Assembly: GCA_030265395.1 (NCBI GenBank)
Contig: JARFYF010000094.1
Span: forward strand, 14,867,019 to 14,931,018
Source: Rhina ancylostomus
Lineage: Eukaryota
Reading direction: 5' to 3'
Length of the DNA: 64,000 nucleotides
A program made the position numbers and the translations under genes. Below the pieces are notes generated by a model, which saw nothing but the letters and a program-made list of their open reading frames with translations, was not told where the DNA came from and did no database searches. This document shows positions 1 to 13,000 of the stretch, piece by piece (position 1 is the first letter of the stretch; every line of letters begins with the position of its first letter).

Positions 1-306
1 TCTGGGCAGGGAGGGTGAAGAGTGGTTGCACCTACAGCAGTGGCAGCAGACCCTCATTCCCGCTCTCCCAAAAGACCAGTAGCATCTTCTGCCAGCCCAC
101 TGGGTACTTGAAGGTAGCGTTAAAGTACCAGTTACCTGGAAGTCCTGGAGGCAGTAGATGTCCTTCAACTCAAACTTGCAGCACTCCAGTAGGACCTTCT
201 TGATAAAGAGGTCCCTGGTGTTCCCCTCGCTGAGGCCCTTCACCATCACCCTGACAATGTTTCGGATCCTGAGTCCTCCTCCCGAGGCACTCGTCTCTGC
301 AGCCAT
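1..306 (-). mobile_element. Tx1/L1-clade LINE ORF1 (ZCCHC3-like) 5' fragment, degenerate
   Basis: ATG at 306 reads MAAETSASGGGLRIRNIVRVMVKGLSEGNTRDLFIKKVLLECCKFELKDIYCLQDF. After an apparent 1-nt frameshift it continues GNWYFNATF...LLPLL*VQPLFTLPAQ. Resembles ZCCHC3-like Tx1 ORF1 from recall. Confidence 0.65.
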
Positions 307-544
307 CCTAATGGAGCTGATTGGTTATAGCAGGTAATTTGCTGGAAAGGGGTGTTAGATTGGTTTCCCAATCCGCATTATGATCCACTGCTATGTCAGC
401 AGGTTAAGATCTCATCAGGTAGCCACTTTATTGCAAAGAGTCATCATTGCCTTCCTCCTTCTTCAACGTCAATGTTTGAGTTCTCCCACAAATCTATCTC
501 CATGATTACCATTCTGGAACCTCGGCCCTCCTGAGCATCGAGGA

Positions 545-705
545 TTCCCTGCCAGATAAGTATCCCATCACTGATGAAGGAATGGCAATACATTTCCAGG
601 CAAGGATGGTGTTTGAAGATGGAGACGTTTCCATGTCCCTGCTGCCCTTTTACTTTGAGGTGACAAGAGATGAAAGTTTTGGAAATTGATGTCCATAACC
701 AAACC
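545..705 (-). mobile_element. 3' fragment of the CR1/L2-clade LINE family also seen at 45400-47335
   Basis: Minus strand AAGGGCAGCAGGGACATGGAAAC...CACCATCCTTGCCTGGAAATGTATTGCCATTCCTTCA parallels 47090-47190. Confidence 0.5.
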
Positions 706-920
706 ACTGAATGAATAAATAAATCATTTTGCAAGGAACTGTTGAACCATGATATCAGCTTCTGTTTTAATTAGCAGCTATTAAAACAAAATCTTGCAAG
801 TATTGATGCAAATAAAATCATTCTGCAGGGTCATAGAATATCCAAATAATATTTTGTGTAACTTTTTCACCAGAGCAAACTAAAACCTCAGCGAAGTGTT
901 GCAAAGTAATAAATTCTCAC

Positions 921-1065
921 CATGGAAGTGAAGATCCTTGCAGAACGCATTACGGTGGCATTGATCATCCATTTCAAAGCAACGATCTACAGGAGGCTTC
1001 ACATTTAACAGACACTGGATGCCATCTCCTCGGAATCCTTGCTTGCATTCACACCTTCGTTTGTT
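921..1065 (-). CDS. STAB1: Stabilin exon, EGF before Link domain: [48 protein letters not shown]
   Basis: ctgcag| 145 bp |GTGAGA, phase 0-1. Confidence 0.95.
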
Positions 1066-4000
1066 CTGCAGCAAGAGTAGTTTTTTTTAAACGTGTGAAC
1101 CAACTAATTTCATAAACATTAAATACGGAAGGTTTTAAAAATTATCAACATTATAGTGGTTTCAAATGTATCTTATTCTTTATATGTTGATCTTTAAAAA
1201 AAACTAGAGAAATGCACTGCAAACTTGATAGACATTAAAATGCAGCAATAAATTAATAACTTTAGAAAATTAAAACAAAAATCACAAAATATATGCTTTG
1301 TAGTAAAAGAGAGAACCTCAGTGCCAGCCAACCGAAATCAGTTGTTAGAGGCAGCCACTCCACACTAAGCTGTAGATGGTCCATTGCTGTGCAACTTCCC
1401 AGCTAGGAGCTCCAGGTTCCAGGCACTGCAACTGGAAGGGCAGGAGTTTGCACCAGGTTCCCAACAGACCCCTTTTAGCATCAGTGCTCTCATTCCTGGG
1501 AATGCATCCTGGCTACTATGTGAAGCACCAGTGCACTGTAACCAACATTAATGCCTTTTCTACACAATGCTAGTAAATTAACTCTAACCCAAGAATTTCA
1601 GTTCCAGACAGAGGTGGAAGTAAGCCAGTACAAACCGCTAGGTGTACTGGTAAAAACGTGGCCGATGCTATATTTACCAATACAGTCAAATTGTAGACAA
1701 AGTTACACCACTGAACTTATAAGAAATTTAAATTATTTTCATCCCTGGTTAAGGAAACAATCTATTACACTTGTTTGCACCTACTGGACCAATGAAGAAA
1801 CATATTGCATGCTCATGGCAACCGCCATTTCTGCCATCGAGACACCTGTCCTTAGGTGTGCAGATATTGCCATCTCCCTCGTAGTCTGGTTGACAGGTNN
1901 NNNNNNNNNNNNNNNNNNNNNNNNNNNNNNNNNNNNNNNNNNNNNNNNNNNNNNNNNNNNNNNNNNNNNNNNNNNNNNNNNNNNNNNNNNNNNNNNNNNN
2001 NNNNNNNNNNNNNNNNNNNNNNNNNNNNNNNNNNNNNNNNNNNNNNNNNNNAAGATAAATCTTATTGCAGGACTTGTAACTTGCACAATTCTATCCAAAA
2101 AAAAATCAGTCCTGAACATTCATACTAAGATTCTAACAGGGTTAGATATCCTGAATCATGTCCAGTGAAAACTTAGTACATTCAAATATCATCTGAAATT
2201 CTTCTCTCTTTTAACCAAGATATTTGCATACTTAAAATTCAACAAAGTACAGAAGAGTTTTCTCATTCATTCTCTGGCATCACAAAATATAATTCAGGGC
2301 CCCGGAATCTCAACTGAACATAGTGCAAAAATTCTAGACAACCACAGATTTGACATTATTTTTGTCATGCTTCTCTTTACCTGTGCAATTTCTTCCATCG
2401 CCTTCATAGTATGGATTACACTCACAATTGTTGTCTCTTCTGCAAACAGCATTGCTATCACACTTTGGGAAACATGCTGGGACTGCATCTAGTTTTAAAT
2501 AAGCAGAAAAAAATGATGTTAGTGTTTCAAGTTTGGAGAATTCATGATGTATATAATATAGAATATTCTTCAGTCCATCAGTGGGTGCCAATTATAATCA
2601 GTGGAACAAATCTCTATCCAAGATGATACTTTCTATGCATTAATATATATAACTTACTCAGTGAGACTTTTAAAAAAAATTACACATACAGATTTTGCCA
2701 GTTCATTTTAGTTTTCTTATGCCTTGTTCAGACAGAGACAAAAGTGCACTGCACTTTCTCTGTAGCTGTGACACTTTACTCTGTACTGTTATTGCTTATA
2801 CCTGTACTACCTCAATGCATTCTGTACTAACTCAATGTAACTGCACTGTATAATGAATTGAGCTGTACGATCAAGTTTTTCACTGTACTTCGGTACAAGT
2901 GACAATAATAAACCAATACCAAGATCTGAATTCCAGAGATGAGGTGGCACTAAGGCAGCATCTGACCAAGTCTGACATCAAGTTGCCTTGATAGAGTTAA
3001 GCAGAATCAGAGGAAACCTCCATATTGGTTGGAGTCTTACCTAGTGCAAAGATCATTGTGGATGCTGGAGGTCAATTGTTTCAGCCCCAGGACATTACTA
3101 CAAAAGTTCCTCATGGCAGTGACCTAGCCAAAACTATCTTCACCAAATTCATCTATGAACTTTCCCTCCTATCTTAAGGGAAGAAGTAGTTCATTGATTG
3201 CCATGTTCGATTCCATTCATATGTCAAATGACAATGCAATGATCATCTCAAACTGGAGAAAATCTAACCATCTACCCCTGACATTTAACAGATTTATTGG
3301 TGTTGGATCCCCCATTATTAGGCATCTTCAATGACCGGAAGCCTAACTGGATCAACCAACTCAATTCTGTGGATACAAGGGAAAGTCAGATACTAGGTAC
3401 TCTATTCAATTTTTGCCTCTCCACAACCCTTCCACCATGACAGGAGTGTGATGGAAGATTCCCCACTGGCCTGGATGAATGCAACTTTTAACAACAGCTA
3501 CAAAAATCAACAACCAGGACAAAGCAATTTGTTGGTTCTAAGTATCCATGAGGTACAAATTTATCCAACCTTAAATGTATGTGCATGTTTCTCTTTAAGA
3601 TCACACCCTGATGCATGAAAGTTTGATCATCATCTGGGAGAAAAAGAATGTAATGATGTGCATTTATGAAGGGTTACATCAAGATATTTTTCTCTTGTTG
3701 CTGTGTATTTATGGCATTTTCAGGTCTAATTTTTAATTTTTAACATTTTAACCCATATTATCCATTAATATTTAGATGCCAACGTTCTGTCTACTAATGT
3801 TAACAACTACGCCTGTGCAAGTACGGTTTGGAAATCAAGTTGGCTTTGTTGCTTGCTTGCGTTAGTAAACAATAAAAACCATACTCTTTATTTGGTACAT
3901 CTAACAAATAAAATAAGCTTTCAATTCAATCAGTGTAATTCATCCCAAAACAGTTCTATAATTATACCACATGATTTTCTTCACCAATAAATTTAATTTA

Positions 4001-7000
4001 AGCAAATGCATTTTTACTTAATTTGTCAACTAATTGAATTATTTATTTTGCCCTTTGATTCTGCTGGTTATTAACTTAATTGTATTAAAAATTGGTTTGT
4101 CTAATATACATTACAACCATCTAGAAACTTTAGTCAAACTGACAATATGTTGTGAACCAAATACCAATCCCAAAATTAATTATGTAAAATTACTTGCCAG
4201 ATTGTGATTCACAGTATTTCCCAGTCCAGCCTTCTTTACAGAAACAGGTTCCATCACCAGAAATTCCTTCATCACACTTTCCATTTTCTGTGCAGTTACA
4301 TTCTGCATGATTTTAAAAAGTAATTTTTAAGTAATTGGGCTAAAATGAAGAGTAGCCAAACTTGTACACTGCGAAATCAATAGATCAGGCACATTCACAT
4401 TCAAGGTAGTAAGCTGTTTCTTTCTGCTGCCCCCAAAATGGAACACAGCTTTATCACAAGGCAACCCTTGCATAGAAGCTAAAATGCCACTAGGAGGCGA
4501 AAGAGCTACATAAATCAATGCATTAATCGCCCATTGAGCAGTACAAGCAAACCTTCTTAATTCTGTAGGTTTGAAATAGTAGGTTACAAAGAAAATTATC
4601 TTGTTTGTACAAGTAATTTTGAAACTTCAATTGTAATTTGGAACAGTTGTGAGGTGCACAATAAAAGCTACCAATATCTTACAGTAGGTTAGAGGGCATT
4701 GAGTTGGTTGCAAAACATACTTTTACAGTCTGATCCATATCTTCCTGATTCACACAGTTCACAGGCTGTTCCCCTGAACCCTATTGAGCATTGGCATGTT
4801 CCATTTCCACGTCTTCCTTCACTACACGTTCCGTGTAAACTACAAGGGTTGTCTATTCCTCCAGGACACTCTAAAATTATAAAATCGCAAGAGTTATTCT
4901 TCTGTATTACAGAGGCATTTATAGAGCTGGGCCATGAAATAGTGTGGCAATCTTAATTGAGAGAGGTCTTTTTAGGAGAAATTATGATTCTATTGTTATC
5001 AACTCCCTCCAATGATTAGGTGACAGCACAAAATGCACACAGGGAAACACATATGGGAAGGTTCTATTTGGATATAGACGGCAGACCATCAGCTAACTTA
5101 CCAACAATTAATAGTAATAGAAATAAAGGAAGAAGCAATTGGAATACGTGTATGGTAATGGATCTAAGTAAAAATATACACAAACATATAGAAATTGTTT
5201 TTCATGGGTAGCATGAAATGAGCTCATACAACTTAGTAGCTAGATTTCCATTCTAGAATGAGGAAACGGTCACAGCATTCCCATACCAACTCAATATAAA
5301 AGCAATCCAGCTAGTACCTCTCCCGCTAGCCTTACAAATTCATTTCTTTCAGATACTTATTTAACTCCCTTACAAAAACTACAATCAATTCCGCTTCCAC
5401 TAATCCCGACATTGAATTTGCTGCCAAAGAAGTCATGTCACTATCGGTTCTTTTGTCAACCTTCATTCTAAGTCCCCTGCTACCTGATTCTTCAGCCAAG
5501 GGGAAGCATTTCTAGCTGCTGAAAAATATTTTTCCCCCTTTCACTTTTGGTTCCTTTGCCAATCACCTACATTATGTTCCAGGACACAGATGATCTTACA
5601 TATGTGCATCGTGGAGTTGGTTTTAGAGAGTGCTCCGACAGCTCATTGAAACTNNNNNNNNNNNNNNNNNNNNNNNNNNNNNNNNCTCCTGGTGGACAGT
5701 TTGAGAATTAACACCTGTGATGAGTGTAACTTGGATGAAGTTGTATTTGAACCCAGGGCAGGAGCAGCAGATACGGCTCCCCACCCTGATCCATCAATCA
5801 ATACGAGTATGGCTGTTCTGATATTTGGCCTCTACTCCAGTTTCTTGTCCACTTCTGTAGATAACCTTTGATTCCTCTGTAGGGCAAACCTCTATTTATA
5901 ATCAATTACAAATATCTACAGTTCATTCTAAATATTACAAACATTCTAAAGATTCACAACATTAGCCATTAAATTCCTCCTCATCTCAAGTCTTTAGTGG
6001 GCAACTCCTTATCCTAAGCCTTATTCTCAACATTTGTCCCATAACTAAAAAGAAATCTAAACTTCCTCATCAAAGAAGCATTTTCACAGCATCAGAATTA
6101 AATGAATTTCAATGCAATCACTTCTTTCTTTTTAACTCCATTCTGTTCTATCTTCTCTCATAAGACAATGCCCTTCTGCCAGGAATCAATCCAGAGAATC
6201 TTCATTTCACCACCTCTAAGGCAAACAAATCCTTCTTTGAATAAGGAGCCCAAACTATAGACATTATTCCAAATGTGGTCTCACCAAAACCCTGTAGTTG
6301 TAGAAAGATTTCCTCATGCTTATACTCCATTCCCCTTGTAACAAAGGCCAACATTCCACATGCCTTCTCAATTACTTGTGGCATCTGCACACTAATTTTC
6401 TGGGTTTCTTGTACGAGTCTCATACCATCTAAGTAAATAGTCTGCTTTCCTGTTCTTCCAACCAAGGTACTCCAATTCCCTTTTTTTTGCCTTAATCTAT
6501 CTATGCATCCAGAATATACTGTGCTGTTACTGTTTCTCAGACTGGCAGTGCAATGTAATCTAGAATTACAATCCAAAATAAAATTAGCTTTCAAAAGACA
6601 TTCTCCAATCCTTTTCCAAAGGCTGACAGAAATACCTGGTCAACATTTCACAGTCATTATTGTTTCTTCCCTCAACCGAACAAAGAGATAAATAGTTTTT
6701 AAAATCAGGAAATAAGTTGCAAAATCTTTCTGTTTCAAAACTGGAAATAACTTTACACATCAACCAAAGCAGCCAACACAACCTGAATAATAATGTTTCT
6801 GAAACACAAAGGCAATCAGTGGCATCAAAGATTGGAGTACAAGCACCTTCCTTCCATGTCTTTGAGCACTCTCCCAGAACAAGCATATAAGTACGAAGCT
6901 GAAATCATTACTTGCAATACTAGGAAATGGTCTTGTATCATAGAACCACACCATTGCACAGCAAAGGAGGAAGCCACTGACTCCATCATGCCAGTCCCAA

Positions 7001-10000
7001 CTCTTTGAAGGAATGACCTAATTAGACACACGGCTCTTTACTTTGACAATAAATGTCCAAATGTTTCCTTTTTATTTATTACATTAACTTTAGAAAATTA
7101 CTTATGAATCTGCTTTTGCTACCCTCTCATGCATTGCATTCCAGATCATAGCACCTCACAGCCTAAGAATACAATGCCACTGGTTCTTCTACTAATTATA
7201 AATTGGTGTCCACATATCTGTGGCATTTTTCCCTGATCCTGCCGGAAATATTTGAGCACTTTGATTAATCCCTTCACCTGAGACAAACAACCCCAGCTTC
7301 TCAAGTCTCTACATAATAAGAAAAAAAAACTTGTCCAATGTTTAATTTCAAGGTTCAATTCCTTGGCCTGTTGCTGACTGAGAGAACAACTTATTAANNN
7401 NNNNNNNNNNNNNNNNNNNNNNNNNNNNNNNNNNNNNNNNNNNNNNNNNNCCCCCCCAAAAAATAAACAAGACCAGGATCTACATCAAAATGAATGCAGT
7501 TTCTAGGATTACCTTGGCAATGAGGGCCATAATGATTTTTACAACACTGGGGAATCCATAAAGGATTGACACATTGTCTGCTGCAGCCACTTATGAGACC
7601 AGTTTGACCTGAATGATGCCAAGTTTCTCGTGCCATGCTGTAGGGATATTCTAGGTTTTCTCGCCATTTGCTGTAGAAGCCAAAAATGCGAGGCAAAATT
7701 TGATCCAAGCTGAGTTTTCTGTAGTAGCACAATTGGTAATCTGCACCATCCTTCAAACAGAACACAGAAGTAGTGATCTCAGAGACTTAACCTTAGCATA
7801 TGGTATTAAGCTTAGCATTGATTGCAGAATACTCATTATTTTTCACTATGAAAACAATTTATAACTAGGCTTATAATTCTATTGTAGTTATGCCTTGCCG
7901 AGACAAGGTACTTCTCAGTAAATAAGAACATATGAAAAAAGAGTGCACCATTCAGCCTCTTTAGCTGCCAAACATCAAGATCATGGCTCACCTTCTACCC
8001 CAGTTTCATGCCCTATTCCTACACCCCTTGATTCCCTTAATATCTGGAAATATGTCAATTTCTATTTTGAATGCAGTCAATGACTGAGCTTTGACAGATC
8101 TTGAGGGTGGAGAATTTTAAAGATTCACCCACTGACTGAAGGAATTTCTCCTTTTAGTTCTAAATGGCCAACACCTTATTACGAGACAATACTCCTCAGC
8201 CAGGGAAATCTTTTCCCCTCATTTACCCTGTGAATCCCTGTAAGACTTCTGTGCATTCATCTCTTATTCTTTTTAACTCTAAGGAATACATGCTTGGCCT
8301 ACTCAACGTCTTCTAATATGACACATCTGCCATTCCAGGCACCAGTCTGGTGAAACACACAGGATGCTGGAGGAACTCTGTGTGTCAGGCAGCATCCACA
8401 GAGGGAAATGGACAGTTAACATTTCAGGTCAAGACCCTTCATCTGGACTGCTCTTTTACCACATTCAGTCCAGACGAAGGTCTCAACCCAACGTCTCCCT
8501 CCACAGATGCTGCCTGACCCACTGAGATCCTCCAGCATCTTGTGTGTTGCTCCAAATTCCAGCATCCACAGTCTCTTTTGTCACCAGTCTGGTGAAGTTT
8601 GGTTGCACCACCTTTAAAGCAAGTACATCCTTTTTTATAATAAGTCCAAAATTGTACACAATATTCTAGGTGCAGTCTCGTGGATGCCCAATATAATTGT
8701 GCTACTCAAATCCTCTTGCAATAATCTCCAACATACCATTTGTCTTTCCAGTTGCCTGCTGCATCTGGCTAGATTTGACTGGCAGTACAGAGCAGGAATG
8801 AATTGTATTGCTTCTTGATTGGTGTTCTAGTTTCAGACCAGAGACTACACTTACTCTTTAGACAGCCTGCCATTAGATTATCTCAACTTTACTTTCCCAA
8901 CTATTCCCGATATACTCAGGATATCCCAAAGTACCTTATTAACAATGGAAAAAATTGGCATGTACGAATCTTAATAATGGGTTAAAGGAAACACTGACAG
9001 TGACTGAGGAATACTGAGGATTAATCTGTGACCATCATGGACATAAGTAAACATAATCTATTGAGAAATATCTCCTGTAGTTATTGTACTGGATTACTTT
9101 CAATTACTTCCTTTAGGTAAACCTTTTATAAAATTGCATTGGTTCAGAAATTTAATGCAAACTTTCCACATAAAGCAAGTCTTACCTGAGGTTTAGATCC
9201 AGGAGGACAAAAAGGAGGCTCCAAACAGCTACCACATTTACCCTAAACATGAATAATCCACAATAAGCCAGAAGCATTTTTTATCATAAAAATTGCATGG
9301 AATCAGAACTTCCTTCTCCTGTGTTTGGGTCAATTGAAAGACTTGGATGCATTCATATAGGAGACTTGGATAGAACAGATTCCATGATCGTAAGTGGGCT
9401 GCCTGATTTTGTCCATTTAAAGCAATAAATGGGAAATCTGGTGGGCTTCTTCATATTATCACATTCACTCTTTTCTCATTGATCCATTATAGCCAGGGAG
9501 CAAATGGAAGAACATTTGTCCCAAATGTTTCGCAAGCCCATTGTTGTACCAAGAACAACAAAAACAGTCAATCTTAAATCAATTTTCTAAAGAAGAATAA
9601 GAGATTTTACTTATTACAAACTTTTTGAACCATGAAGGTTAATGATTGCCAACCATGCCACAATTATAAAGAAGATGTAATGAAAACTGGGAAAAGAACT
9701 TGAACAGAAATTACAAATGATATTGTGATGTATCATTCCATAAAGGATACTATAAAATCAAAAGAGAACAGGGTAAAGCAAGTATATATTAAAATCAATT
9801 TGAAAAGAAATACATCACAAAGCNNNNNNNNNNNNNNNNNNNNNNNNNNNNNNNNNNNNNNNNNNNNNNNNNNNNNNNNNNNNNNNNNNNNNNNNNNNNN
9901 NNNNNNNNNNNNNNNNNNNNNNNTGTCAAAACCAATTCCATCTGGGCCACATGCCCTTGCCGACCCTCCAATCAGTCCGTCCAGGCTTTGGTTAATTGGT

Positions 10001-13000
10001 GGGCAATTGTCCCTTTGAACGATCCGGATCAGCTTTGTGATCAGACACTCTTTCAATTTGTCCAATCTCAATGGTCATGGGCCAGGAAATAGAACAGCCT
10101 AGGTTTGGTAAGGAACGGTAGGTTATTCGGAGGCGGTGATGTTCCCGCTGATAAAAGCTGGGGCTTACTGTGAGTCGTTCAGTTGCTCGTTTGCTGGGCC
10201 AAGAGGCGGGATGGGCCAAAGCAGCTGAATTTGACATGACAGGTATTGCATGGATTGACTTCACCAGCTTCCCCACTGCAGACTTCGAGCATGGGTGCTG
10301 TGCAGCGGGCGCCCCGCTGGTTAAACCGAGTGTAACATGTGCCATCCCAACTCTTGAACAAAACACTGAAAGAACATGCGCCCCCAACACTGAGAAAATA
10401 CTGCCATGCGGCTCAATTGCAAAGCCAGAACCTAAAATAATTCCTGTTCACATATTATATTGTCATCTCCTCTTCAGTAAACTGCCTATTCCGCAGGAGG
10501 TTTCAACCAGTTTTTCACTTTCAATTTGTGAGAAAAGGAACTATGTAGAAATGTGAAGGCTGGAGAGTTTCATGAAGATAAGTATGGGCACAACACTGCG
10601 CAAAGTGTTCAACGAAATATATTTAGAAAGCCCCTTTAACTTAAAATTCATCAAACTTGTCAAATGGCGAAATAATACTGCAGTTCAAGGGAGAAGACGG
10701 AATGTGTATAATAAAAGCAGGGAAAAAATGCAAAAAATAGACATGCAACCAAAACTCATCCACACAATCGTTCTTTGTAAGTACCGCCATCGAACAGAGC
10801 AAACACTTTAAGCATTGATTCGGCAATGCTTTGTAATGTTACATTGTAAATTTGATGGATTCATGCCATCAACAAATGACTCACTTGGAAGAAGTATGGC
10901 CTGGGAATTGATGTTAAATTCAATACTCTGTGGTCCTTTTCCTTATTTATTCCCATTTTAAGCATTTTAGTGTTTAACTTGAGTATGGAAAAAAAATCAA
11001 ATTCACTCTAAATATGCTTAGTAACATGAACTTAGATTCCAGTCAGATAGATTGTAAAAAAAGTACCTCTCATTAAGAAAAGTTAGATAATATACCATTA
11101 GTATACCATGACATCCTGTCTCATCAACCCAGTTTCCCCTCACCAGTGAAACAATAGGAAGTAAAATGTTAGTGATACTTACAACAGCAGGGTGCATTGT
11201 AAGTGCATCACACCGAGCTCCTACATGCGGAGGTTCCAAGAGGTTATTGATGCCGTAAGCAATTCCACCATCAAACTCCAGGTGTCTTTGAAAAATCCGA
11301 GCACTTCCATCATTGACAATCAAATCCCCCTAAATCAAAGATAATACTGTATGAACAACATTTTATGCACTGGATGGTGATGGCATTATTAGGAGGCCAA
11401 GCTGTTGCTCCTGTCTTCCAACCTACCACTAAACTATCTTTTAATATTTCCTGGCCTCCATCCATTGCCTGACTCCATACTTGCTTGAAACTTATCCCAG
11501 AATTTGCAGTATTTCACTTTTATCTCAGCAGCTAAAATGGAATAAGCCACCAACTAAAAAAATAGTATAAACATTTAAAATTATTATTAAATACATATTT
11601 AAAGCATTAGGGTTGAGGAGGAAAGGTTCAGTTTGTGGAATGGTTTATATGGAATGGGTGATAGGAAATTAGTGGTAGGCTTTAAGACATAACTGATTTT
11701 TTTCAAATCATGTGGAAACAGATTGCCAATTCACTCATCTTGTGATCTCTATGAAGTGGGCTTCCCTTTTCTAGTGCTTGCTCCAAGGCATAGTTCAAAA
11801 GAATCCTTCAACCAACAACTGTGGGAACACCAACCTGGCTGAAGAGCCAATCACATCGAGCAATTCTTACAGATATGTAACCAAGAGAGAAAATGTATGA
11901 TTCTTCAGCAAATACTCTAAAAACTATGCAAAGCTACTACGTAACAGTTGTAATATACATACAAGATGGAAGCAAAAATATAAAAAATAGATATTTTATC
12001 ACTTTTTTTCCAAATATTTATGTAAGGGAATTACAATCCAATTACATAAAAGTGACGCTTTAGGTAGGTTGATAAAATTTGCTGAGCAGTATGATTTGAT
12101 ATGGTATTAAAATCTCATCTGGACCTCACATAACAAGATAGGAATTTCAGGGTTATTTCCAAAGTAGGATTAGTACATGNNNNNNNNNNNNNNNNNNNNN
12201 NNNNNNNNNNNNNNNNNNNNNNNNNNNNNNNNNNNNNNNNNNNNNNNNNNNNNNNNNNNNNNNNNNNNNNNNNNNNNNNACATAACAAGATAGGAATTTC
12301 AGGGTTATTTCCAAAGTAGGATTAGTACATGATTAGTACATGAATTTGTACCTGATTTTTTTTTGTCAATTCAACTGACTTCTCTCAAATGCAATAGAGA
12401 AACTGCTAAACAGCACGTTCTCTGATGTAATGCTAAATACAGATTGCAGTTTCAGGGTTTCCCATGGAATAGACAAGCATGAAATCCAAGAGTAAGATGC
12501 TATTTTCATGGTGCAACACCAATGAAAACTGATAATTTTGCTGTCATTACAAGCACAAAAGTTGGGCCATAATCATGAGTTCAATTGTTTTTCTTTTGGC
12601 CCTAATTTGGTTTATTTTCCTCACCCCAGGTTTCTGCTCTTAAGGTATTGGGGTCTTGTTCCATTTGCACTCTGAATCCTCCAGCATTTTATCTCATAGG
12701 CCACTTCTGTGAGCTGAAGCAGTGCCAATGTTTGTGAATGGGGAGTAGAGTCATGGTCAATCCAGATTCTGTCCTCAAGTGATATTCATGTCTATTTTTC
12801 TTCCAGAAGTCCAAAAAAAAGCCTTTGGCTGTGGCCAAAATAGAGTGGCCACTGCTGTTTCTGTACAACCAATAAACCCATAACAGATCATGTTTGAAAT
12901 TGGAAATAAAAACAGAGGAAGGAAATATTCAGCAAGTCAGGTGTCAAAGCAGAGCTACTGCTTTAAGGCAACAACCTCTCATCAAGTCACCAATCTGAAT

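Noticed and set aside
1551-2168. Long ORFs spanning N runs (also 13147-13821, 33022-33657, 49455-50078)
   Set aside because: Length is inflated by Ns or low complexity; the real content is an antisense exon or repeat
12128-12331. 52-bp direct repeat flanking a 100-N gap
   Set aside because: Identical sequence on both sides of a standard gap indicates an unmerged contig overlap, not a biological repeat
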